This document shows positions 15,001-26,991 of a DNA stretch of 64,000 bases, piece after piece. Every line of letters starts with the position of its first letter. Position 1 is the first letter of the stretch. This stretch comes from Geosiphon pyriformis uo1. Lineage: Eukaryota; Fungi; Glomeromycota. Under the pieces are notes generated by a model. That model saw only the letters and a program-made list of their open reading frames with translations, was not told the origin of the DNA and did no database searches. The translations under genes were made by a program, and so were the position numbers. The stretch spans positions 1,684,893-1,748,892 of the forward strand of contig JAAOMT010000512.1 of NCBI GenBank assembly GCA_016748015.1. Direction: 5' to 3'.

Positions 15001-16721
15001 TCAGGTTGCGTGTTAGTCTGGTGAACAATTTTTTGGCTGGGATGGTGAAGATCTTTCTGGGCAATGAGCTTACTTTGGTAAACAACCTCCCCACTGTATT
15101 TCATAGTCCTGGTCGGTTCCCGTTGTCCTCTGTTCTTGGAAAGTCTCTGTATTTTGATTCGGTCAAATCTCTTAAACGTTTTGATGTCGCTTTTGGTGAT
15201 CGGCTTTTTGATAAGAAAGGTGTTTTGTTGGATTGGAAAACTTTTCGTCGTTGGAAGAGGTTGGATCCGCGTGGCCTTGTGCCTCACTGGTTCATGATTT
15301 CTTCTGAGTTTTTGAAAGGTCAGAGTTACTCATTTTCTGGTTCTGTTGGCTCAGCAGAGAAGCTTGGTTTGGACATTTTGGGGTCTGGGGAATTTTCTGC
15401 GGTTAAAGATGGATTGCATGACATTTGGTCAGACTCTTTTGAAGTTTTCACGGATGGGTCTTTGAGGAATGCAGGCTCTGCTGAGGTCACCTGTGGTGCT
15501 GCTGCGTACTTTCCGGTCTTGGATATGAGCATTGGTGTCGCTGTTCATGATCTTTTGTCATCTATTATGGCCGAGTTACAGGCTGTCGCTTTGGCTTTGG
15601 AGTGTGTTCTTTCTTCAAGTACTGTGGTGTTGCGTCTTAACAGCCAGGCTGCCATTGACGCATGTGTGTCTGAGATGTCTTTGGTTGCTCTTGATTTCCG
15701 TAATCAATGCTGGCTGGAAAAGTGTCATATTTTCAATTTGGTCAGGGACAAGGATCTTAGTGTAAGTTGGGTTAAGGTAAAAAGACACTCTGGAATTCCT
15801 AGTAATATGAAAGCTGACTTGGCTGCTGGGGCTGCCTCTGGGTCTCCCTTTTCCCTTTGTGCTGATGTGCGTGAACATTTTCTGGTTGCTGAGGGTGTTG
15901 CTGTTTCTGGTAATGCCCGTCATTTTGTCAGAAATATTTTTCGATCGATTCATTGTGCTCATTGGGAAGCTGGGCCTGGTTGTGATGTAGTTCCAGATGC
16001 GATGATTGGTTGCATAGACTGGGTTGTCACGGCGAAGGTGTGGCATCCTGATTCTCATATGCTTGCTGAGTTCACTAGCCGCACATCCTCATCACTTTGC
16101 ACTTATGTTATGAAGGCTGTGCACAGGAGGTTGCCGGTGGCCATTAGGAAGAGGTTGTATGATAAATGCTACCCTAGTGTGTTGTGTTTGTTTTGCGGTG
16201 AGGTGGAGTTCTCTGACCACGTTTTTACTTGTGTTCATGAATCTGGCATTCATGGTGAGATTTTGGTGGAGACTTCTGCTCGTTGGTCAGCTTTGGCTAG
16301 TGGTTCCTCTGCTTCTGCTGTGTTGCGGGTTTTGTCTCAATATTCCATTGATGTTGGGCTGTACACTTTGGTGTGCAAAGGGTTTGTGCTGGAGGAATGG
16401 TATGAGGAGGCTTGCGATGTTTTTGAGGATAGAAAGGTGGCCACTGCTAGGATTGTTGATTATGTCAGGTTCGTTGTTGGTTTACATCGTGCTAAGGTAT
16501 GGTTGGCTAGAGCCAGCCACCGGGTGGTGATGGAGAAGGCTGATCTGGTCTGTGATGTTGGTGTTGTTTCTGGGCTCCCTTGTGGTGTGTCTTCGGTTTT
16601 GTCTGATGGTGTTGTGAAATTGCTTGGTTTGGCCGATTCCTTTGCTGTTAGCTTTGGTCGTCAGAAGCCTTTTTTCTTTTCTGGTCTGGGTGGCAGTGTG
16701 CAAGTAGTTATAGATGTGTAG
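12040..16721 (+). pseudogene. LINE ORF2: AP endonuclease - reverse transcriptase - RNase H - CCHC finger; one frameshift near 12875
   Basis: APE: TCNVRGIN, TETKL, TIDYIF. RT: RPIALIE, QDIRKAYDSV, GLDQGEVFSP, AFVDD, YLGI. RNase H: VFTDGS, AELQAV, KVKRHSGI. Finger: CLFCGEVEFSDHVFTC. Confidence 0.95.
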
Positions 16722-17078
16722 TGTTGCCTTGTCTGGCCTGAGTGGCTAGCCACATGTAGAAAGTGCATAAGTCGCGTTTAGTTTGAGCCTCTTAGTTTGG
16801 TTCTATGTACTAGATAGCGATTGGGCTACACTCGTTAAATGCGTTAAAATTAAAAAAAAATAATAATAATAATAAATTTAAAGTTTTTTTATTAAGATTA
16901 ATAGTATTTTGTAAATAAGCTTTATATTAAGTTAATATATATATATTTTTTTTTATTATTGCTTAACGAGTGAGGTCCAAACACAACCTAGCACTATACA
17001 TCAAGGAATTAATCTAAACTAGGCGTGAATCATGGACTTTCTACACGTGACCAGCCACTCGGGCCGATCAGAACAATA

Positions 17079-20000
17079 CTACGCAGCTATATGAACTGAC
17101 ACTGATTCACCTATACCTGAAAAGAACAAGCAAGCCTTGTGAAAACCAAAATGAACACCTAAAGCACTAGTAATGCCAAGTAATCTAACCACCCCTGCAG
17201 AGAACCTCGAAGCCAAACCATGAACTGAGACGACGGCTGAACCATCTAGTGGGATCAGTCTATTCTTCTCTATATACGCACAATGCTTAGCACGAATCAA
17301 CCAGACATCCTTCCTGAAAGCAAAACCAAGAGAGTGCACAAACTTGACAATCTCCAAAACAGCAATTTTGGGGTCATGAAAGACGGAAACAGCCTCGCTA
17401 AACCATCCATTGAAAACAAAGCCCTTAAAAAGAGCCATAGACACAGAGGAATCAAAAACACTGGATGACAACAGCTGCAATATATCTGAGGAGGAGTAAG
17501 ATGAGCCAGAAAGCGCCTTTCAGGACCCTACATGAGAATTCAGCAACTGGCACCGAACAGACTTGTCAACCTTGCAAGAGAACACATAATCCGACACCTC
17601 CATCTCACCACAATACAAGCACAACACACTAGGATAACGTTTATCATAGAGGCGCTTCCGAACAGCAACCGGCAGCCGATGGTACAAAGACTTTATAAAA
17701 TAAGTACGCACACTGGATGAATACCTGCTGGTGAATCCTGCAGCCATGTGCAAATCAGGATGCCACACCAATGACGAACGGGGCCAATCAACCTCGGAAG
17801 ACAAGCTGCCAACCAAAACCCCAGAACCGGAACCAACCTCCCATCGCGCATGACAAATAGAACAATAAATATCACGAACAAAATGCCTCAAATTTCCAGA
17901 AACAACATCACCATCAGCTGCCAAGAAGTGCTCACTCAAGCAAGGGGGAAGATACCAATTGGAGAGAGAAGCGGCATCAGCAATCGTATCGGCATGCTCG
18001 TTTCCCGAAACACCAGAATAACTCTTCATCTTGCGAAAGCTAACCCTTAACTTCTTACTGCAAATTATATTGACAATATGACAACGTTCAACCCAACACT
18101 GATTACAAAAATCAGGACACACCAGATCTAACTCTAACCTGCAAGCATTCAACGCCGATTGACTATCTGAGAACAAACAAACAGAGCTTGACGGGGGAAC
18201 ACACTCCAGAGCTAAAGCAACAGCCTGCAATTCTGCCAAAGTAGACAACATCAAACCCAATACCCTTACTCCCAAACCCAAACCAATGTCCTCAAAAAAA
18301 ACAGCAGCTCTACAGCCAACTGTGCCAAGACCACTAAGAGATCCATCCGTATACACTGACAGGCTGCTAGCACCGGTCACCAAGAGATGATCACGAATAG
18401 ACACAAATCCACCGGACTCAAGAATGTTCAAAGGACTACCATCCCTCAAAACTAGAGACTGATCGCAAGAAGATCTCACACTATTGAGAAACAAAACAGA
18501 ATGCTTGAACCACTCAGGAACTGGGCCATGGGAGTCCAATTTCTTCCACTGCTTGAAAGTGTACCAATCATAGACAGCACCATAACGGTCACGAAGTTGA
18601 TTCACAAAGACAATACCATACCACCGAAGGGAAGGGAGAAACTTGAGAAACCTTGACTCGCCCAGAACCTCAGACATAGGCACTCTACCATAAGACCAAA
18701 AGGAACTAACCAAAGAGCCACCCAGAGACACATTGCAATTGACAAGAACACGAACCATGCCTGCCAGAAAGTTATTAGAAGCACTGACACAAATACAAAC
18801 AGGAGAACACAACGGATGAACAGGGTGCCAACACAGAACTTGCAAGTCATGAGACCTGTGGGAAAACAAATGACCCAAGATACCACCAGAGTTCGCAAAA
18901 CCGACAAGAGAAGCGATCTTGTTTTCAAATTGAACTTGAGAAAATGACTTCAAACCATAAAACAAAGGGTGGTAAACCACATCATTGGGGAAATTGAGTG
19001 GCAAACCGGACTTGAGCTTCAAACCTTTATGAATTAGAGCATCCCACTTTCCGCACACACCAATGGGAATAAAACTGAACTGAGTTCTATAGCTGACTAT
19101 TGGATGCAGAACTGCCAACACCAAATACAAAAACTGCTTATCTGAGACCACCTTCTTCAACACCAGATTGGTGAAAAAGCGAATGTCCGAATGCGCCTTA
19201 GCCAAGCTAGGCTTCGAAAGACCCTCAGTCGATAGAAAAATGCCCAGATATTGGTAAGATTCTCCCTTTTTGGCAATAGAAATGGGTGAACTGCTGATAG
19301 ACAGAGAGGGACTGCTGACTCTGCTATTGATAGGAATGGCTACTGTTTTGTTGTTGTTAATAGAAATGTCATTGATAAAAAAAAATTCACTAGCAACATC
19401 GAGAATATGTTGAGTAGCCATCTGACTGCTACCAACCCAAATCGTATCATCAACAAAAGCACCAGTGGCAAAAAAAGAAGAAAACCCAGCCTGGGATTCG
19501 GAATGACCATTCTTGGAAACAAAGTGAGAGTTCAACCTATACCCACATACACTCTCCTGTCTCTTGACTTCGCACAAAAGAGGATCATAAAATATGTGCC
19601 AGAGAAGAGGAGAGAAGACCTCTCCCTGGTCCAAACCATCGTGCACATGGTAACTGCTTGTCAGTCCAAAATCAGTTATGACTCGGTTGGTACAATTTCT
19701 ATGAATACCACCAAAAAACCGAATAAATTTACTACACATCTTAATTTTGACCAAACTTTTCTCAAGATGTTCCCAGTCAACCAAGTCATACGCCTTCCGC
19801 ATGTCCTGCAGAACCAGCCATAGCTCTCTGTTTTTTTCCAAAGCATCTTTAACCACCAAACCAGTTGCAAAAATAGGGGACTGGGTTGTCGTACCCTTCA
19901 AAACTGAGAAATTAGCCCCTCAAAGCATGTCAAAAGTACTGCACGCCAAAGAAATCCTGTCCGAGAGTATCTTAGAAAGAACCTTGTGAGCCGTTTTGAT

Positions 20001-21761
20001 CAAGACAATAGGACGTGTGTTCGTTAAAACACCTTCCTACTCATAAGGTTTCGGAATCATCGAGACCCATGCTTCTTTCCAAAGGCCGGGCACTGATTTA
20101 CTAGACAAACAAGAGTTCAAGAGCACCAACAACATATCCAAAACTGACCTATCACAATGTTTCCAAAGCTCATTTGAAATACCCAACAAACCAGCCGCTT
20201 TACCCTCCGGAAGATCAGAAATCACCCCAAGGAACTCATCATACTCAATTGAACACATAACACCAGAAAAAGCTTCGTCAAAAACATACTCCAATGGCTG
20301 ATATTGGAGGCACCAATCCTCCGAGACATAATTGACCACCCGACACTTCCTAGTCCAATCTTCCATGATTGCATCAACCTTGGACTTGACCTGCTCAGGT
20401 TCCAAAATCAATTTGTCATCAACTACCAAATGATCCAGCACAATCTTATGAAACGAGCGCTCCAACACACTTCTTATTGTATGATCTTTATTTACCTCAA
20501 AGCTTTCCATCCTCTTGTCTATCGCAGATCTGATGCATGCTTCTTTAGCACTCTGAAATTCAATGAGATTGGACTTTCGATAAGATTTCCTGGCACCAAA
20601 AAGAGCAGAACAAACACGACCAGATTCCACACCAGAGTCCACCAGATCCTGAACGACCGAAGCCTTGACACTGTCCAGAGTAGCCCAACACCTTATGAGA
20701 GAAGCAAAATCTACAGCACACCCCACATGAAATGCCTTAATAATTTTTGAAACCAAAAGCTCCAACTTGTGGAACCTTGACGACTCTTTGGTAAAGACAC
20801 CATCAAATTCCTTGAACCACTTTTTCTTGAACACTTCATTAGCCGAAAGAATCATTATTCTGCGAACAACATCCCACATTGTGTCCAAATCCAAAAACTT
20901 CACAGAAACAGCAAACTCATCTGAGAACATTGTTGCATTAGCCAATGTGGCACACTTAAAATCGATCCATTTACTCTCATTAGCACTCTTGAAATCAAAC
21001 TTCCATCTGTCTCTGTTTGCTTGCTTGCGAAAAGAGCTCAATTGCGTATTCAGAAGCCCACTCAGACCCAAAGACACTGAAACAGCTTGATGATCCGTGT
21101 CAAAGTGCTCACTGACACCCAAAACATTACGATGTACTATTGCATTGACCAGATTTGGAGAGACAAACACGTAATCAATTGTTTTTTTGACACCCCTAAA
21201 ATTCTCCCAAGTGGGCATTTTCACAGTTGGGCTCCCGACCAAAGAGTTAATCAATCCCAAATCAAGGCACTTCTTGAAACTTGCACACTTATGAGAGCCG
21301 TTTTCATTAAAATTGCCACCAAGGATAACAAAGGAGGACTCGTTAACAGCCTTTGCGACAATAGAGTTGATTTCGCCTGTCTGAAAAAACTGGACCACCG
21401 AAGAAGCACCAGCGTACAGTCCCAAAATTGACACAGAGAGCCTGTTCTTGAAAAGTAACTTGATAGACAACAACTGACCTGGGACCTTAGACACCTTGCA
21501 CACATGTCTCGCCAAAGAAGTGTTCATAACTACTGCCATACCAGCACCCAGATACCCAGAATCCAAACCAGTAGTAAACACCCGAACCCCATCAAACTTG
21601 TTAATGATCCAAGGCTGAACCTTACCTTTTAACTTAGTTTCAGTAAAAATTGAAATTGAATTGTCCATGTCCTTATGCCAACAAATGACATCACTCTGCT
21701 TCACAGTGTTGTTCATTTCTCTAACATTGCATGTAACAACTTTCCATACTAATTCACTCAT
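17079..21761 (-). pseudogene. LINE ORF2 (APE-RT-RNase H-CCHC), about 1560 codons with three in-frame stops and no frameshift
   Basis: ORFs 20037-21761, 17520-19901 and 17079-17480 share one frame. Stops at 20037 (TAG), about 19920 (TGA) and 17520 (TGA). Motifs AFVDD, VYTDGS, SDSQSA, CLYC. Confidence 0.95.
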
Positions 21762-23548
21762 TGGAAGGAGAATTGGAAGTTCGCACCACCAGCCAAAGCC
21801 AGACTATCGAAATGAGCGGACAAGATCAACACAGATTTGGAGAGGCCTTCCAACATATTTTCTAACTTGACAACATGGGGGGATGTAGATGAGTCCACAA
21901 TCGTGGCAGACTCATGGCCATCAACCATACTCAAGTCCATATCCAATGTCACATTACTTTCCGAATTCTGTGGTGTGGCAACTACTGGCAGCCGGCATCC
22001 GTAACTAGGCTGGGGAACCACCAACACAAGCAAATCTAACCTCTTGGCCAATCTATCAATTTGTTTTGCAAGACTAACAAGACCATCCTCGATACTGACC
22101 AGTCTTTTTTCCAGATCTTTTGCAACAGGAGGGGTAGGTTTACCATCGACGACGGAACCAGAACTTGCCTTACCACCAGAGAGAGAGGGAGCAGAGGGAG
22201 CGCTAACCACCGATGCCCAAGTTTTACCACCAAAAGCCAAAGGACGAGAGATAGGCGCAGATCTCCTTGCATAAATTTTCGCCAATCTGGATTGGTCCTG
22301 AACCAAAAGGGGAGCCTTTCTGCCTCCTGCAATTCCAGCACCCTTGATTGTTCTGCAACCATGACCAAATTTCTCACAAACTGCACATGAAGCTAAAAAA
22401 AGACGGGACCAACGGAGACCAAAGCTCTTTATAACTGAAGTCGTTGCCATTGCATTAACTAATTCCACTTCTGAGCTAAAACACACAGTGGCACAGCGGG
22501 CACAAGAATAACTGACAGGATTGTGATCGATGAAGCAGGTTTTCCCACCAATAGAACCAATAAAATCCCACAAATCATGAGCAATAGTTCCTATGAGAAG
22601 AGTATATAGCAAAGCCCTAAACTTATTCCTGGCATCCCACGATTGTTTGTCGATATTAGCCCTGGTCACCCGAATCATGTCCTTCCCAATAAGGATAGAC
22701 CACTTAGAGGCCAGAAAATCAGCCTGGTCTTGATCTTCTAATTCGATGATCGCCTTTTGCCATAAACCCACTAGCTGCATTTTGATCGACTTAATGATGC
22801 CAAATTCAGCTACAGCCGCATGCACAGCCTCCAAAGAAGTTCCCACAGGAATTTCTTTCAGCACAATTGCCCGATTTGTACGATTGTTGACAGGGCGCTT
22901 GAGATCGGTGTTTACCATAACACCACGGTCATTAGCCAGATTAGCTGCAGTCATCATCGCCTCTTCAGAAGTAAAAGTAGTCTGAATGATTCCACCAAAT
23001 TTTGAGGGGGTAGAGGCCCCCCCAAAACCATTTACACCTGAAAAGATTTTTCTGACAAAATTGACTTTTTCCTGAGAGGATTTACCCACCACCGCCACCA
23101 GATCAATATCCAAAGTGAAAGACTTGTGAACAGGCACCTGAACGGATGGCTTAACTGGAAAAGAAGGCGGTAGAAGAAGAGACTTATCCAACACATCACC
23201 ATCTGCATCGACAGTACCATAATCAATCACACCCAAAGGCTTCCCTAACACCTTCTTGGTCTTTACACGCAAACTTTTAGGTGTTTGATCAAGATCCTCT
23301 CCTGTGAAAGCACCATTCTCACCATAGTCAACACTGGTTTCCTTAACCAAGCACTCCTCCTCTATGTCAATACTCTCAGATTCAGTAGTATCACCCACCT
23401 CAGAACCCCATGAACAATTACCAAGAGCTTTATCAGCAACCTTACTATTATCAACACTCTCTGCTAATACACCATCTTTTCTCTTCTTCCTCGATACAAC
23501 CATCTTAAAACCACCCTCAGAACCAGAAACTTTGGTAGCCTTCTTCAT
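21758..23548 (-). CDS. LINE ORF1 nucleic-acid-binding protein (596 aa)
   Basis: Open frame homologous to copy C ORF1 (SWGSEV, TPSKF, KEIPVG, LVGLWQKA, FGGKTWA). Its stop overlaps the ORF2 ATG. Confidence 0.9.
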   Translation of the reverse strand: MKKATKVSGSEGGFKMVVSRKKRKDGVLAESVDNSKVADKALGNCSWGSEVGDTTESESIDIEEECLVKETSVDYGENGAFTGEDLDQTPKSLRVKTKKVLGKPLGVIDYGTVDADGDVLDKSLLLPPSFPVKPSVQVPVHKSFTLDIDLVAVVGKSSQEKVNFVRKIFSGVNGFGGASTPSKFGGIIQTTFTSEEAMMTAANLANDRGVMVNTDLKRPVNNRTNRAIVLKEIPVGTSLEAVHAAVAEFGIIKSIKMQLVGLWQKAIIELEDQDQADFLASKWSILIGKDMIRVTRANIDKQSWDARNKFRALLYTLLIGTIAHDLWDFIGSIGGKTCFIDHNPVSYSCARCATVCFSSEVELVNAMATTSVIKSFGLRWSRLFLASCAVCEKFGHGCRTIKGAGIAGGRKAPLLVQDQSRLAKIYARRSAPISRPLAFGGKTWASVVSAPSAPSLSGGKASSGSVVDGKPTPPVAKDLEKRLVSIEDGLVSLAKQIDRLAKRLDLLVLVVPQPSYGCRLPVVATPQNSESNVTLDMDLSMVDGHESATIVDSSTSPHVVKLENMLEGLSKSVLILSAHFDSLALAGGANFQFSFQ

Positions 23549-23699
23549 AACAGCAATAACAGAGCCAACAGTGGCCTTGTAATCGAAAAACGGTTTTGAT
23601 TTATCGTACTGAATGGTAAAAAACTTCTTTCAAAAAAACTTTTGACTCTTTTTTGGGAATTTTGGACGAAGAAAAGAAAGAAGTTTTTTTCCTTAATAT

Positions 23700-26600
23700 A
23701 TTTAAGATAAAAAACTCTTTAAATTTTTGAATTTTTATTTTAAATTTTCAGATTATTAAATTCTTAATAAACAAATTTTAAAAGCAGTTATTTTTTAAAA
23801 AATAAAGCAATATAAAAAACATTTTATAAAAATTCAATTAATATAATTCTAAGATTTAAATAAACAAATATAAAAAATAAAAAATATTAAGAGTAATAAT
23901 TAATATTTTAAAAAAAAACTATATATATAAAAACAATAAATATTATTATAAAAAAAATTTTATATAAAGTAATAAAAAAACAATAATCATAATTGATAAG
24001 CTAAAAAATATAGATATACAGATTTTTATAATTATAACAGATAATACCAACTTATATACAACATTTAAATATTTTTGTTTGATTTTTTATTTATTGTAAT
24101 TTATTTATTTAAGTAAAACTTAAAATTAATTTACAAAAATATTGTATTTTTATTATATTTTATTTATTAATTTAATTTATGTATTAAAAAAGTATTCAAA
24201 AAATTAACAAATTTAAAAACTACAATAAATTAAGCAAATTGATTAATTTTTATTTTAAAAACATTGTTACAGAAGTGTTTTTTTGGTATATTTTAATTGT
24301 TGATATCCCATTTTAATTGCAATCAGTTTTTTGTGAGTTTCTCTATTTTATATATTGGATATTAATGATAATGTACTAAAGATTTTCTCTTAATGTTGTA
24401 ATGTAAGTCTTCTTTTTAATTCTAGTTGTCTTTGTATGTTGTGTATTCCTTCTTAAAGGCTAATCTGAAATCTACTTGCTGTCTAGGGTCTTCTCTGAAG
24501 CTATCTTTATAATTGCCTAATGTGTTTCTTTAATTTAAAAACATAGAATGTTAATGGCCTTTTTGTAATTTCCTTAAGTATATAATAAAGCTTTTTTTCA
24601 ATTTAATTAGTAACCACATGAATAATTTTGATTAAGAATTATTCTTCCAAAGGGTTCAAAAATGGAATGATGGTTTTATTTGCTAGAGAAAGTATGTGAA
24701 TTCTATTGTTAATTTCATAATTGTAATGTTTATTCAATTTATTATTTTTTTTATTAATTCTTTTTGAATAAAATTTTATTTAGATATTTGTTGTTTCGAG
24801 TTGAAGCTGTTTTTTTTCATCATTAAAAACTATTGTATATATATATAATTATTGTTTTACAAAATAATATCTTATAATACTCTATTTCTATTATTTCTAA
24901 ATAGTGCTTGCTGCTTTTGCATAATAGTGCTTGCTGTTATTTGTAAATCATTTCTTTTTATAAATTGTTGCTGTGCTATTTTATAATTGGCTAATTTATA
25001 TTATTTATAATTCCTATTAAATTCTTAAACTGTAACAACACAAATAACAAATACTTTATTGTAAAACTATAAAATTAACAAAAAATAACATATAATAAGT
25101 ATTATAAAATAGCAGTTTTAGCAGAAACTTAGTGAAATAACTATTATATAAAAATAATAAATCTATTATAAACTTAATAAATATTACAAATATGTATATA
25201 TTTAATTTTTTATATTACTTATAAATTTAAATTTTAATTAATTTTATTCTCAAATTTTGACAATTAATTTTTAATTACTATATATTTAAAGTTAATAATT
25301 AAAAAAAACTTAAACATATTACTATATAATAATATAAAATTAATACAAATTATATATAATTTTATATATTTAGTTTAATTTTAAAATAATTATATAAACT
25401 TATAACTTGTCAAAAAATTTTTGGTCTAATTAAACAAAAAATAAAATAATTAAAAGCAGTTTTTTTTAATTTTAGCAAACTTATTTCAAAGACAAATTAG
25501 TAATTAATTATATAAAATTAGGTAAATACTTAAATTATTATTATAAAGTTTAATTAGAAAAAAACTTATTTGTATTTTGTATAAATTTAATGATTTTTTT
25601 ATAAATATTTACTTATTTAACAATAATATTTAAAAGTATTAAAATTATACAAAAAGTTTAACAAATAAATTAAAATTAATAATTTGTTAATTATATAAAA
25701 TTTGTATTAATACAATTATAGTTAAATATTTTTGAAATTATATGAATTTTTTACAAATAAATTTAAAAAATCGGCCAATAGTAAGTATTTTTTTCATTTA
25801 AATTATATAAATTCTTTATTAAACATTAATTTTATTTTTATAGTTATTAAAAGCTCTTAATATAAGCAAAATAAAAACAATTATTACATAAAATTATTGA
25901 CAAAAATCAGACTTTTTTAAATTATTTTCATAAAATTTTTTAAAAAATAATAAAAATTAAATAAATATTAATAATAATAAAAATAAAAAACCCAAAAAAA
26001 TTAAAAAATTTGGTAAAATTAAATAAAAACCTGAAAAAATTATAGATTTTACTATAAATAAAGACTATTATAATAATAATAATAATAATAATAATAAATT
26101 ACCAAATTTAAGTTTTTTAAAAACAGATTTTGGCCAATTTTTGAATATATAAGTCGAAATATTGATAAAAAAAACTAAGAAATTTATGAATATAGAGAAA
26201 AAAAAATAGTAAATGTTTTTTTTAAAAATCAAAAATATTATTTATTTAATAATAGATTCTAATTTTAAATAGAATTCAAATAAGTTTTTTTAATAAATTA
26301 CAATTATTTTAGGTTTTTTTATTTTTATAACAAATAAAAATTAGATTAAAATAAGTAATATAAAAGTAAAAAAAACATTTTTATTAACTAGTATATACTT
26401 AAATAACTTGTTTTAATATTTAAATAATATAAAAATAAATAATATAAAGACAGAAATATTTTTTTTTAGCCAATATATTTAGTTTTAATAATATATTAAA
26501 CATGTAAAAAAACCAATTTTATGATTAATAAATAATTATATTTATAATATAATATAATATCTATATTTGCCAAATTTTTAAATTTAAACACAGATAATTT

Positions 26601-26960
26601 ATTTAATTTTGTATTTAGTCTGGTTTAATTTACATAATAACACTAATAATAATACCAATAGTAATAAAAATAATACTAAAATTAATCTTAATATATCTTT
26701 TAAAAAAAACTTTAACTAGAAAAAATATATTAATTAAAAGCAAAAAAATGCTTTAAAATTTATTAAAAACAGTTTTTTGTAATCAATATTTAAAAAAAAC
26801 ACTTTTAAGATATTTTATTTAACTGCTTTTATAATATAAAAAAAATAATGTTTAAATCTTTTTTATTTTTTGTTCTAATTATTATTATAAAATTAAAAAA
26901 AAAAAGTTTTTTTTATTATAATAAATAATTTAATTATTATAATAATTTAATAAAAAATAA
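23700..26960. other. Long extremely AT-rich spacer containing a solo LTR and a (TAA)n run near 26070-26097
   Basis: Composition; no credible ORFs. Confidence 0.7.
24265..25037. mobile_element. Solo LTR (family S), copy 2, opposite orientation and more diverged
   Basis: Reverse complement of 1480-2362. TGTTAC...TGTAACA termini; TSD ACAT/ACAC. Confidence 0.88.
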
Positions 26961-26991
26961 AAATTAATAAACTTTTTGTCTTTTTAATTTC

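Larger units (their letters stand above)
9992..16875 (+). mobile_element. LINE copy C, near-intact RNase H-containing non-LTR retrotransposon (L1-like architecture)
   Basis: Pyrimidine-rich 5' UTR, ORF1, ORF2 overlapping by ATGA, conserved 3' UTR, A/(TAA)n tail. GC content is much higher than in the flanks. Confidence 0.95.
16945..23690 (-). mobile_element. LINE copy D, near-intact, tail-to-tail with copy C
   Basis: Same two-ORF organisation and 3' UTR on the minus strand; 5'-terminal inverted repeat at 23618-23689. Confidence 0.95.

Noticed and set aside
9960-16880. Target-site duplication for LINE C
   Set aside because: Flanks are low-complexity (TAA/TTA)n; no unambiguous direct repeat.
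10711-23582. Numerous antisense and alternative-frame ORFs over LINE C and D
   Set aside because: Shadows of GC-rich coding sequence; not conserved between copies.
23700-26960. Organelle-derived insertion or centromeric satellite
   Set aside because: No recognisable genes, tRNAs or periodic unit; only low-complexity AT.
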